DNA of 40,360 bases, taken from an uncultured Candidatus Peribacteria bacterium. GTDB lineage: Bacteria; Patescibacteriota; Gracilibacteria; Peribacterales; Peribacteraceae. This document shows, piece by piece, positions 25,129 to 33,021 of this stretch; position 1 is the first letter of the stretch, and the number at the start of each line of letters is the position of its first letter. The position numbers and the translations under genes were made by a program. Under the pieces are notes generated by a model, which did no database searches, was not told the origin of the DNA, and saw only the letters and a list, made by a program, of their open reading frames with translations. Location of the stretch: contig CAYGDM010000001.1 in the NCBI GenBank assembly GCA_964348685.1, positions 1 through 40,360 on the forward strand, written 5' to 3'.

Positions 25129-26868
25129 TTATCGCTCTCGCGGTGTTTGCAATTCCTCGTAAATCGTTTGAGGCTTCCACGAAGCGCTCGGATTCAACGA
25201 CGGAATCTTCATGGGATCGTATCCCAGCGAAACGGCTTGGTCGCGCAGCACGTGTTCGCGCAGTTTGTAATAGCGAAGAAACGTCGTCTCTTGGACCAAT
25301 TCGTAATAATGCTTGAACTCCGGCATGGCCTCCATTTCAAGCATAATCCGGAAAATCTTCGTAGTATTCACGTTCGCTCCTCTCTGGTCAGGCAGCGCAT
25401 GGCGAACGATCACCCAGCGAGCAAAGAGCCACGGCTCGCGCACCGCTTGGTCGAAATACCGATAATTTCCTTCGTATACGAACGCAGGAAGCGGAACAGT
25501 GGAACGGAGCATGCGTTCTTCGCTGTAAAAGCGCGTGAACAGCACGCGACCGCCATCGTAATCCGACAGCCAGTCACTGCTGCTCGTACCAGGATCGCTG
25601 GAGAATGCGGCAAACGCCTGCTCATCGTGCCGGATAACGACGAAGTTATTGTCGAACAGCACCATCGACAGGTGCCATACGGCGGCAAGAACGACGGCAG
25701 GTATGACGAGCACGACCGTCACCGCCCGAAGCGCGCGCCAGCGCATGAGCGCATCGATCGCGAGGACAATGGAGACGATTGATGCTCCTACCCACGTCAA
25801 TGCAAAACGGGCGTTATAGAAAAGTCCGTACGGATCCCCTTCGTTGCCAATCCGCGGCAATTCGGGCACCGAGATGCTGCTTCGACCGAGCATCATCGTA
25901 AGGAGCATGAACAGTGCAGGTGAAAACAAGAACAGCACAATGACGACCTCGGTCCACTGTCGACGCACCACCAACACTATCGGTATCGCGGCTGCAAATG
26001 CCGCGATCAACCATTGACCGTGAATATGCACGGAAGCGAGATACAACCTTTGAAGACTATAGAGCAGTACATCAAACGAGAAGCGCGAGGGGCGGAGCGA
26101 GCTCGCGGTCTCGCCGATCCGCTCCGTACCGAGCGAGAGGAAAGCAAGCGGAGACCCTGCGTAGACCGTGCTATAGAGTACGATGAAGAGAGTTCCAAGC
26201 AACGCAACGAAAGAAAATGTGAGAACTATCGCCTGCAGTTGCGCCCACAACATCTTTAACGACCAACAGCGAATCACCACGAAACAGATCGACAACGGAA
26301 TGAGCGTGAAACCTTCGAAACGTGCCAATGACGCAAGTGACACGAAAATACCGAACAATGACAGGTCCAGAAGCGACAACGTCCGTGACCACCGAAGCGC
26401 GAAATACGCGACGCCGGATACCATAACGATGAGCGGCAATTCCGCCATGACGGACGACGCGAAGTACTGGACGAACGGATGGATGAGGAAAAGAACGGGT
26501 GCGAGCAGCGAGGTTCGGGCGGACACGCCGCACTCTCTGCACGTACCGTACAAAAAATGAGCACCCAGGAGGAGGAGCGGGAGCATTGTGATGAATGCTC
26601 CGGCGACAAGCAAAACCGAATGCGGCAGCAGGATGATCGCGGGTAGGAGCAGCACGTGCAGAAGCGGCGGCCAGAAGCCTAACTGGCTGATGCCCGGGGT
26701 GAGGCTATAGACCATTTGAATAGACTGCAGCAGGTGCGATTTCGCGTCGGTAAAGGCATTCACGAATCCATGCGACTGCAGGTAAGCGAAGAACAACGCA
26801 GACACGATGGCAGCTGCGCCGTAGAGCAGCGTAGGAAGGGCCGATGGATGACGCCTGAAGAACATCAT
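25129..26868 (-). CDS. GT-C-fold (ArnT/PMT, GT39-like) polytopic membrane glycosyltransferase-like protein
   Basis: About 11-13 TM helices with an Asp in the first external loop (FTDAKSHL) and a soluble C-terminal domain of about 170 aa. The ATG overlaps the stop of the upstream GT2 fusion (ATGA). The family call is by architecture only. Confidence 0.5.
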   Translation of the reverse strand: MMFFRRHPSALPTLLYGAAAIVSALFFAYLQSHGFVNAFTDAKSHLLQSIQMVYSLTPGISQLGFWPPLLHVLLLPAIILLPHSVLLVAGAFITMLPLLLLGAHFLYGTCRECGVSARTSLLAPVLFLIHPFVQYFASSVMAELPLIVMVSGVAYFALRWSRTLSLLDLSLFGIFVSLASLARFEGFTLIPLSICFVVIRCWSLKMLWAQLQAIVLTFSFVALLGTLFIVLYSTVYAGSPLAFLSLGTERIGETASSLRPSRFSFDVLLYSLQRLYLASVHIHGQWLIAAFAAAIPIVLVVRRQWTEVVIVLFLFSPALFMLLTMMLGRSSISVPELPRIGNEGDPYGLFYNARFALTWVGASIVSIVLAIDALMRWRALRAVTVVLVIPAVVLAAVWHLSMVLFDNNFVVIRHDEQAFAAFSSDPGTSSSDWLSDYDGGRVLFTRFYSEERMLRSTVPLPAFVYEGNYRYFDQAVREPWLFARWVIVRHALPDQRGANVNTTKIFRIMLEMEAMPEFKHYYELVQETTFLRYYKLREHVLRDQAVSLGYDPMKIPSLNPSASWKPQTIYEELQTPRER

Positions 26869-29153
26869 GCCGAGGGCGGTATGGGCGTCGCAGAAACAAT
26901 GCTCATAACCGGATGATTCGTCTTATCCCACGTGGATTCTTGACGGAAGAACCGCAGGATAGAGCGAAGTGTTGCGTAGCTGAGGAATAGCCAGTAAATA
27001 GGCGAGAACAGAGCAAGGCCCACGAACGAATAATACTTTCGGTAGTAAAGACCGAGAAAATTGAAATATGTGAACATGAGGTTCGCGAGGAAGAATGACA
27101 TCACCGATAAATAGAGCAGGATATCGGTGAAGATCGTCTGCATGATGGGGTCGTTCGTCGCGTACCAGAAAAACAACATCATCCACTGCACGAGGTTCAA
27201 ACCATTGAGGAACACTCCTCCGGGAACGTGGAACATGAACATAAGCACGTTACGAAGTCCGCCGAGGTCCTTCCAGAGGAGTGCAGGGAAGCGCAGATTC
27301 ACCATGGACGTCTGCACGAACCCCTGCATCCAGCGAGTACGCTGTTTGATCCAGTCACCAAGCCTGGTGGTCGACTGCTCCCATGAAGCCGAATCGAGCA
27401 CTGAGGCGTTCTTGTACCCGTTGCGGAACATGCGGATGCCGATGTCACAATCTTCCGCGAGGTTGTATGCATCCCATCCACCGACCTTGATGAGTTGCTC
27501 GCGACGGAAATACACGCTGTGGCCGGAAATCGGCGTGGGCGATTTTACCGTGGCGAGGCCCGGCAGGAAAAAGTTGTAGAAGAATGCGAACTCCGCGGTA
27601 TACATCTTCGTGAGCCAATTGGTACTGGCGTTGTACACGTCGATGCGGCAATGCACGTAATCGAGGTGGGGGCTGTACTTGAACGCCGCCATGGCCTTCA
27701 TGAACTGGTCTGTCTCGGGAAGCGTCTCCGCGTCAAAAATCACCAGGAATTCCCCCTTCGTTTCGCGCAACGCCACGTTGAGCGCCTTCGGTTTCGTCTT
27801 CGGCTGCACGTCAGGCGAGACGAGCCCTTTGAAGTACGCGGGCTTTTTTATCTGGGTAAATGCGTTGATCGTGTCGTCGTCACCGGATTCGAAAATGAAT
27901 ATCAGATCTAGTTTGTCCGCCGGGTAATCCATGTCAGCCATGCGCTGACACAGCTGCGGCAACACCTCTTTTTCTTTGTACACCGGAAGAATCACCGAAA
28001 TAACCGGAAGATCTTTCTTGTCCTCATCCGACAATCCTTTGGGCGGCTGCGGCGGCAAACGGAACGTGATCGACACGACGTATACCTTGAAAAGGATCAG
28101 CGCGAACTGGATGATCGCAATGTGGAAGAACATCGACCACGCGAAGCTCTTTCCTGTAAGCTCATTGATAAGCCAAAAGTACCCGATGACAAAGAAAAAC
28201 GCATAAAATATTAGGAAATACACCTCGCGCGTAAGGTGCCCCTTCGCGCTTTGCTCTGGCGCGAGAAAGAGGTAGTCGTTGATGTTCGTAAAACCGGCCT
28301 CGAAGTATTCCTGTGGCTGCGGGGGGTAGAGGAACGGAAAAATGATGCGAGCAACGTGCGCGACATTAAGAGAAATAATGCTCAATGCGAGCGACGTGCG
28401 CGATGAGACTGACCCCCACACGCCGTGATGGAACATCGACCGCGTGTACGCCACTTTCATCGACGCGATCGTCCATCCGACGCGACGCGCGTGATAGAGC
28501 AGGATGGAATCGAAACCAAGGCGATGATCGAACTCCGGATCGAAACGCAGCGAATCGAGTAATGTGCGCCGGAACATTTTCAGACCCGATCGCACGTCGG
28601 CATCGACCGACAGCAAGATATGACCGAAAATCCACCGATAGAACGAACTGAAAATTTTGTACGCGAGAAACGGATACGCGGCGCGATTTGCAACGACGAT
28701 CTGCGCTTCGTCGAGCCGTGCAATCATCGCCCGAAACGCGTCGGGAGGACACCGCAGGTCCGCGTCGATCACCACGACGATGCCGCCCGTCGATTGATCC
28801 AACCCTTCTTTGATCGACATCGTGCGCCCCTTCACCCCCTGGTTGCGCACGTACCGCACGGGTACCGCTGCCGAAGCTGATCGAACGAAATCTTCCGTGC
28901 CGTCGCGGGAACGATCATCGACCACGAGAATTTCATACTCATACCCGCTGCCGTTCAACGCTACGGCGATGCGATCGAAGCATCCCGATAAAAAGCGTCG
29001 GTCATTGTGCACCGGTACGATGACACTAACCAACGTCGCACTCGCACGCGCGACGGCCTCCGCGTACTCCGAAATCGTCAATTCATCCGCACGATCAGCC
29101 ACAGCCGTTATTGCCGGATGCTGACTATCGTCCATGGAGGAATCGGCAGGCAT
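26865..29153 (-). CDS. two-domain GT2 fusion: GtrB/DPM1-like polyprenyl-phosphate glycosyltransferase domain plus membrane-embedded processive synthase-like GT2 domain
   Basis: N-terminal domain: VSVIVPVHNDRRFL, ILVVDDRSRDGT, VVIDADL, SGLKMFRR. C-terminal domain: ISVILPVYKEKEVL, FLVIFDAETLPE, NLAEDCDIGIRM, KQRTRWMQGF (QxxRW). The C-terminal domain is flanked by multiple TM helices. Confidence 0.8.
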   Translation of the reverse strand: MPADSSMDDSQHPAITAVADRADELTISEYAEAVARASATLVSVIVPVHNDRRFLSGCFDRIAVALNGSGYEYEILVVDDRSRDGTEDFVRSASAAVPVRYVRNQGVKGRTMSIKEGLDQSTGGIVVVIDADLRCPPDAFRAMIARLDEAQIVVANRAAYPFLAYKIFSSFYRWIFGHILLSVDADVRSGLKMFRRTLLDSLRFDPEFDHRLGFDSILLYHARRVGWTIASMKVAYTRSMFHHGVWGSVSSRTSLALSIISLNVAHVARIIFPFLYPPQPQEYFEAGFTNINDYLFLAPEQSAKGHLTREVYFLIFYAFFFVIGYFWLINELTGKSFAWSMFFHIAIIQFALILFKVYVVSITFRLPPQPPKGLSDEDKKDLPVISVILPVYKEKEVLPQLCQRMADMDYPADKLDLIFIFESGDDDTINAFTQIKKPAYFKGLVSPDVQPKTKPKALNVALRETKGEFLVIFDAETLPETDQFMKAMAAFKYSPHLDYVHCRIDVYNASTNWLTKMYTAEFAFFYNFFLPGLATVKSPTPISGHSVYFRREQLIKVGGWDAYNLAEDCDIGIRMFRNGYKNASVLDSASWEQSTTRLGDWIKQRTRWMQGFVQTSMVNLRFPALLWKDLGGLRNVLMFMFHVPGGVFLNGLNLVQWMMLFFWYATNDPIMQTIFTDILLYLSVMSFFLANLMFTYFNFLGLYYRKYYSFVGLALFSPIYWLFLSYATLRSILRFFRQESTWDKTNHPVMSIVSATPIPPSA

Positions 29154-29163
29154 AAATCCTTTT

Positions 29164-29172
29164 ATTATAGCA
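29164..29172 (-). promoter_or_regulatory. extended -10 TGCTATAAT (minus strand) for the GT2-fusion operon
   Basis: The reverse complement of ATTATAGCA is TGCTATAAT, 10 nt before ATG 29153. Confidence 0.5.
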
Positions 29173-29238
29173 GAAATTCAACCTTCTTCACAGCATCGAA
29201 TCACGATACGATTGGATATGGCGCCTATGCTGAAATTA

Positions 29239-29247
29239 TGGTACAAT
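29239..29247 (+). promoter_or_regulatory. extended -10 TGGTACAAT, 6 nt before ATG 29254 (leaderless geometry)
   Basis: TGnTACAAT followed by CATGAG and then the in-frame ATG 29254. Confidence 0.5.
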
Positions 29248-29253
29248 CATGAG

Positions 29254-32200
29254 ATGCGTCGACATCTTCGAGCACTGGCTCTCATCGCCGTCATCGGCTG
29301 CTCGCTAGTGCTGTATCGCGAGTGGGTGATGCGCAGCTCGCCGCCAATATTCTTGCCGCTGGGATTCTTCGAAAACGCGTCGAACATACACTCCCCCGAA
29401 GACGAAGCACGGGATCCGCGCGCATGGATAGACCCTCTTTCGTCGCTCGTCGTAGACGACGCCACGTTCATCCGCCTCACGCAGCACCTACGCGCCGACG
29501 AACGCACAACGGGAATTCTCGTAACGGGCGCGACGTTCGGTGGAATCGCAGCGGCCTTGTCCGCAGCGGAAGACGGCGTCCCGACCATACTCGTGACGGA
29601 ACGCGATTGGACCGCCGACATGCGGGCGGCGGCGGGACGCTTCCTTGCCCAAAAAACACTGCCCGATACGCCCGGCAGCGAGATCGAATCGTCACTGCGC
29701 GCCGCCGTAGGCGCGAACGGCACGCCGGCATCTGTCACCGCATTCTTCAAGCAGCGGGCGGCTTCCGCTCCGCTCTTAGATATCATGGAACACTACGTCA
29801 TCCTGGCGTTCGGGCGCTCGGAAGACGGCGCATTGAACCGAGCCTTGCTTCGTCACGCTGACGGAAGCGGCGAAACAATCGTGCAGTTTGAGTATGTGAT
29901 CGACGGCACGCTCGAGGGTTCAACACTCGCCAGCGCCGGGGCGCCGACGCGCGCAAGTTGGGATGCATCAATCGACGGCATAGACGTCGGCTCGTTGCCG
30001 ACACGGGCACTGTCCGCGTTGACGGAAGGATACACAATGAGTGGATACTCGATTCCCGGGCTAGGAAAGCGCATTGAAAACGGCACCGCGCAACTAGGCG
30101 TCATCGATCGTGGATTTAACGGTACGTTCGTGCCCATCGACGATGCGGATGACTGCTGGGAAAAAGACGGACGGGCCCCCCTCATCTCCACGGGAACGGT
30201 CCTGCGAACGAAAACCGTCGGGTGCACCGCCCGCATGCGGGTCGAATCGAACTTCGAAGATACCGTTGAATTGTTCCTTCTCAACCACGGAGACGACGGC
30301 ATGTCGGCGACCATCGCACTCGGAACGAATACGCTCCTATCGATTGACGCGCGGTTCGATCCAGCCGAAACATTCGTCCGATTGGGAGCTTTCCCCGTGG
30401 GACCGCAATCGCCCCTCGCCATCGAGCTGACGAGCGTCCTACCGACGAACCGCCTCGAAGGTATTGTCGCGCGCAAACTAAACACAGGCTCGGCCGGCGT
30501 GCATGCGACAACCGTCGGAAACGAACCTGCGGCGTTCATGACGAACGACTGGCGCAATACCACTTACGACATCTACATGACGACCGACAGCGTCGTCGGC
30601 ATTCCGCTAATCCTCATCGACGAACAACCATTCGAAACCACCCCTATCGGCCGAGGCACATACGCGGTACGAAACGTGTCACTCGGAAGCGCGGAACACA
30701 CGATGCGCATTCCTGATGGAGACGGAGTGCAGCGCATCTCCGCCATTCCCGTGCAACCGGTCGTAGCTGCCATACCGTTGACGATACTCTCGAGGAGCGA
30801 GGCAGAACCCTCCTGGACGTTCACGCCCACGAAAGACGGCACGGCCCTCCTTACGATACCCGCGCGCGCATGTGAAACGCGCTGCGTGCTCACCGTGCGC
30901 GTGATCGATTCATCGATACCGGAATTCCAAATCGAACGAACACCCGGTGAGGAACTGGTCGCGCAGACGATACCAGTAGACATGATCCGCCTTCGAGCTG
31001 GTACGACATATGCGATTCTGACGGACGCCGGGTACAACAGAATCACTCCGCCCGTCGTATCCATGATCGATAACGACGCGACGCTCTATGCCTCCGACAA
31101 CGGCAGCGCGACCGTTACGCCGTCGCGCGAAGGACTCTTATACGATATTTGGATTCGCTCTGTTCGATCGCCTCGAACCAGCGTTTCGGCAGACGGATAT
31201 GAGAGAGAAATTGCGTCGTCCGCTGATTGGCAATACGCCATCACGGAGCCTCTTTCTCTGAAAGGAGTCACCGCTCTCGCGGGCGGGAGAGTCGAAATAC
31301 TCGCCCTTCCGAACGTAACCGTCGACACCTATCACCTTCCGGTCTATCAACCGCAATCGATCGAACCTCCTCTCGTCAACCCTCTACCCGGCAGGTATCA
31401 AGTCGTCAGCTACGGCATCGACAATCCGACGGCCATCATCGCGGACAACGCGAAAGGAACGGTGCAAACACTATCTTTCACGGGCAATAACGGCTCCTAC
31501 CACGCCGAACAAACATATCTGCATTCTTCGCCCGCCCGGCTCTCGCTGTCGTCTCCATGGCCACAGCGACTCGTGCTCTACGAGCGCATCGCTAAACCGT
31601 TGGATGCCTCGGTGCCGATCCGCGATGCGACGATAGTCGCGCTCAACCGACAACGGTCGTCAGACGAATGGGACGAAGAGAAAGGATCGTTGATGTTCGA
31701 ACCGCGCGCACACGGCATCGGGCCCGTCACCATTGGCACAATGCATTCCCCCTCCGTCGACACTCGCGTAAGGGCAGCCACGGAAGACGCGTTTTTCCTC
31801 ATGCGCATGGGAAAAACAAATATCGACATTCCCGGCAAGAGCTGTGCCTTTTCCAAGAACCCGCGGTGCGACATGCGACGTTTCGTGCGCAACCCCGCCA
31901 TCTTCGGAACGAATGATAGCCTCGCGTCGCCCACGTTCTACACGGAGGGCAGACGGCTGATCGGCGCCGACACACTTACCACGACGGGCGCCTACGCCCT
32001 GCGGCGACAGTGCTCCTCGTGCCTCATGACATGCCTGCCAGCCACGTCGAGCGGATCAACGTGCGTCATGACGTCGGATCTCACAGTGCCGCAGGGAACG
32101 ATTCTAACTATTCGAGGCGCGCCCGGTGTTCCGTCAATAAGTTCTCCGCAGGAGATTGCCCAACATACGCTTCCGTCTCTCTTCAAATTAATGCGCCGAG

Positions 32201-32874
32201 ACGAATTACTCGAAGAGAAACCGACCTACTTGGAACATCATCCCCCATTGCGCGACATCTCACTCACGCTTGGCATGCTCATGCCGGCACAGCGACTAAA
32301 CATCCTCGCGGGTTCGACGACAGTCAGTACGACCGCGACGGCCGCGAAAAGCCTACGCCTTCCCACGACCGAACTTGCCATCGGCAGCGCCGCGGGGCAT
32401 GCCGCCGCGTTTTCGCTACGCGAAGAGCACTCCCCTTTGTGGCTCATCATGGAATCGCCCGACGCCTATGCGCGGCTGCAGCGATACCTCGTCGAGAAAG
32501 GCGCACGCGTACTTCCAGTGCACGGCACCGATGAGTTCTCAATGAAAGCCGTGCAGCGCAGGATCCTCGACGGCGACGAGACACTCTCGCCGCGATGGAC
32601 CGGCGACGGCGTGACATTCGTATCGTCGTCGTTCACGGCGGACGAACAAGCCCTCGTGTTCGGCGACGAAAACGTGCGAACGGTGAAGGACGCCCTCGAG
32701 CGATTGCCAGGTTCGCCCGAACAAAAAACGCCTGCGAACCTCTTCCGATTCGGCATGGAGAACGGCTTCTTGAACAAAAAAATGCTGAATCTCACCCTCG
32801 ACGAAATCATGAACATCCCGCTCGACGAGGAACTCCTCCTTGCGGCCGATTACCTGCTGCGCATGCAACCGTAA
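29254..32874 (+). CDS. 1206-aa membrane-anchored protein with split FAD-dependent-oxidoreductase (PF12831-like) motifs around a large insert of unknown function
   Basis: N-terminal TM LRALALIAVIGCSLVLY. Rossmann-like GILVTGATFGGIAAALSAAEDGVPTILVTE (nt 29512-29601). FEYVIDGTLEGSTLASAGAP (nt 29887-29946). EGRRLIGADTLTTTG (from nt 31945). NILAGSTTVS....ELAIGSAAGHAAAFSL (around nt 32371). Start chosen at 29254 because of the promoter geometry; the track ORF starts at 29134. Confidence 0.6.
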   Translation: MRRHLRALALIAVIGCSLVLYREWVMRSSPPIFLPLGFFENASNIHSPEDEARDPRAWIDPLSSLVVDDATFIRLTQHLRADERTTGILVTGATFGGIAAALSAAEDGVPTILVTERDWTADMRAAAGRFLAQKTLPDTPGSEIESSLRAAVGANGTPASVTAFFKQRAASAPLLDIMEHYVILAFGRSEDGALNRALLRHADGSGETIVQFEYVIDGTLEGSTLASAGAPTRASWDASIDGIDVGSLPTRALSALTEGYTMSGYSIPGLGKRIENGTAQLGVIDRGFNGTFVPIDDADDCWEKDGRAPLISTGTVLRTKTVGCTARMRVESNFEDTVELFLLNHGDDGMSATIALGTNTLLSIDARFDPAETFVRLGAFPVGPQSPLAIELTSVLPTNRLEGIVARKLNTGSAGVHATTVGNEPAAFMTNDWRNTTYDIYMTTDSVVGIPLILIDEQPFETTPIGRGTYAVRNVSLGSAEHTMRIPDGDGVQRISAIPVQPVVAAIPLTILSRSEAEPSWTFTPTKDGTALLTIPARACETRCVLTVRVIDSSIPEFQIERTPGEELVAQTIPVDMIRLRAGTTYAILTDAGYNRITPPVVSMIDNDATLYASDNGSATVTPSREGLLYDIWIRSVRSPRTSVSADGYEREIASSADWQYAITEPLSLKGVTALAGGRVEILALPNVTVDTYHLPVYQPQSIEPPLVNPLPGRYQVVSYGIDNPTAIIADNAKGTVQTLSFTGNNGSYHAEQTYLHSSPARLSLSSPWPQRLVLYERIAKPLDASVPIRDATIVALNRQRSSDEWDEEKGSLMFEPRAHGIGPVTIGTMHSPSVDTRVRAATEDAFFLMRMGKTNIDIPGKSCAFSKNPRCDMRRFVRNPAIFGTNDSLASPTFYTEGRRLIGADTLTTTGAYALRRQCSSCLMTCLPATSSGSTCVMTSDLTVPQGTILTIRGAPGVPSISSPQEIAQHTLPSLFKLMRRDELLEEKPTYLEHHPPLRDISLTLGMLMPAQRLNILAGSTTVSTTATAAKSLRLPTTELAIGSAAGHAAAFSLREEHSPLWLIMESPDAYARLQRYLVEKGARVLPVHGTDEFSMKAVQRRILDGDETLSPRWTGDGVTFVSSSFTADEQALVFGDENVRTVKDALERLPGSPEQKTPANLFRFGMENGFLNKKMLNLTLDEIMNIPLDEELLLAADYLLRMQP

Positions 32875-32965
32875 CCGCACCGCAGTACGGATGAAGGGCT
32901 AGAGTGATCACACAACGTATTAAGCATCTGGGAAGTCCAAGGAACTGCCGCAGAATGCATTTTTA

Positions 32966-32974
32966 TGGTATAAT
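32966..32974 (+). promoter_or_regulatory. extended -10 TGGTATAAT for the glucan operon
   Basis: TGnTATAAT 47 nt before ATG 33022. Confidence 0.5.
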
Positions 32975-32981
32975 CAAGAGA

Positions 32982-32999
32982 TTTCTCGACGTCGAGAAA
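32982..32999. promoter_or_regulatory. 18-bp perfect palindrome TTTCTCGACGTCGAGAAA (operator or 5' mRNA hairpin)
   Basis: Perfect dyad starting 8 nt after the -10 hexamer, about +2 to +19 of the predicted transcript. Confidence 0.45.
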
Positions 33000-33021
33000 C
33001 ATCCACACAAACACACGCTCA

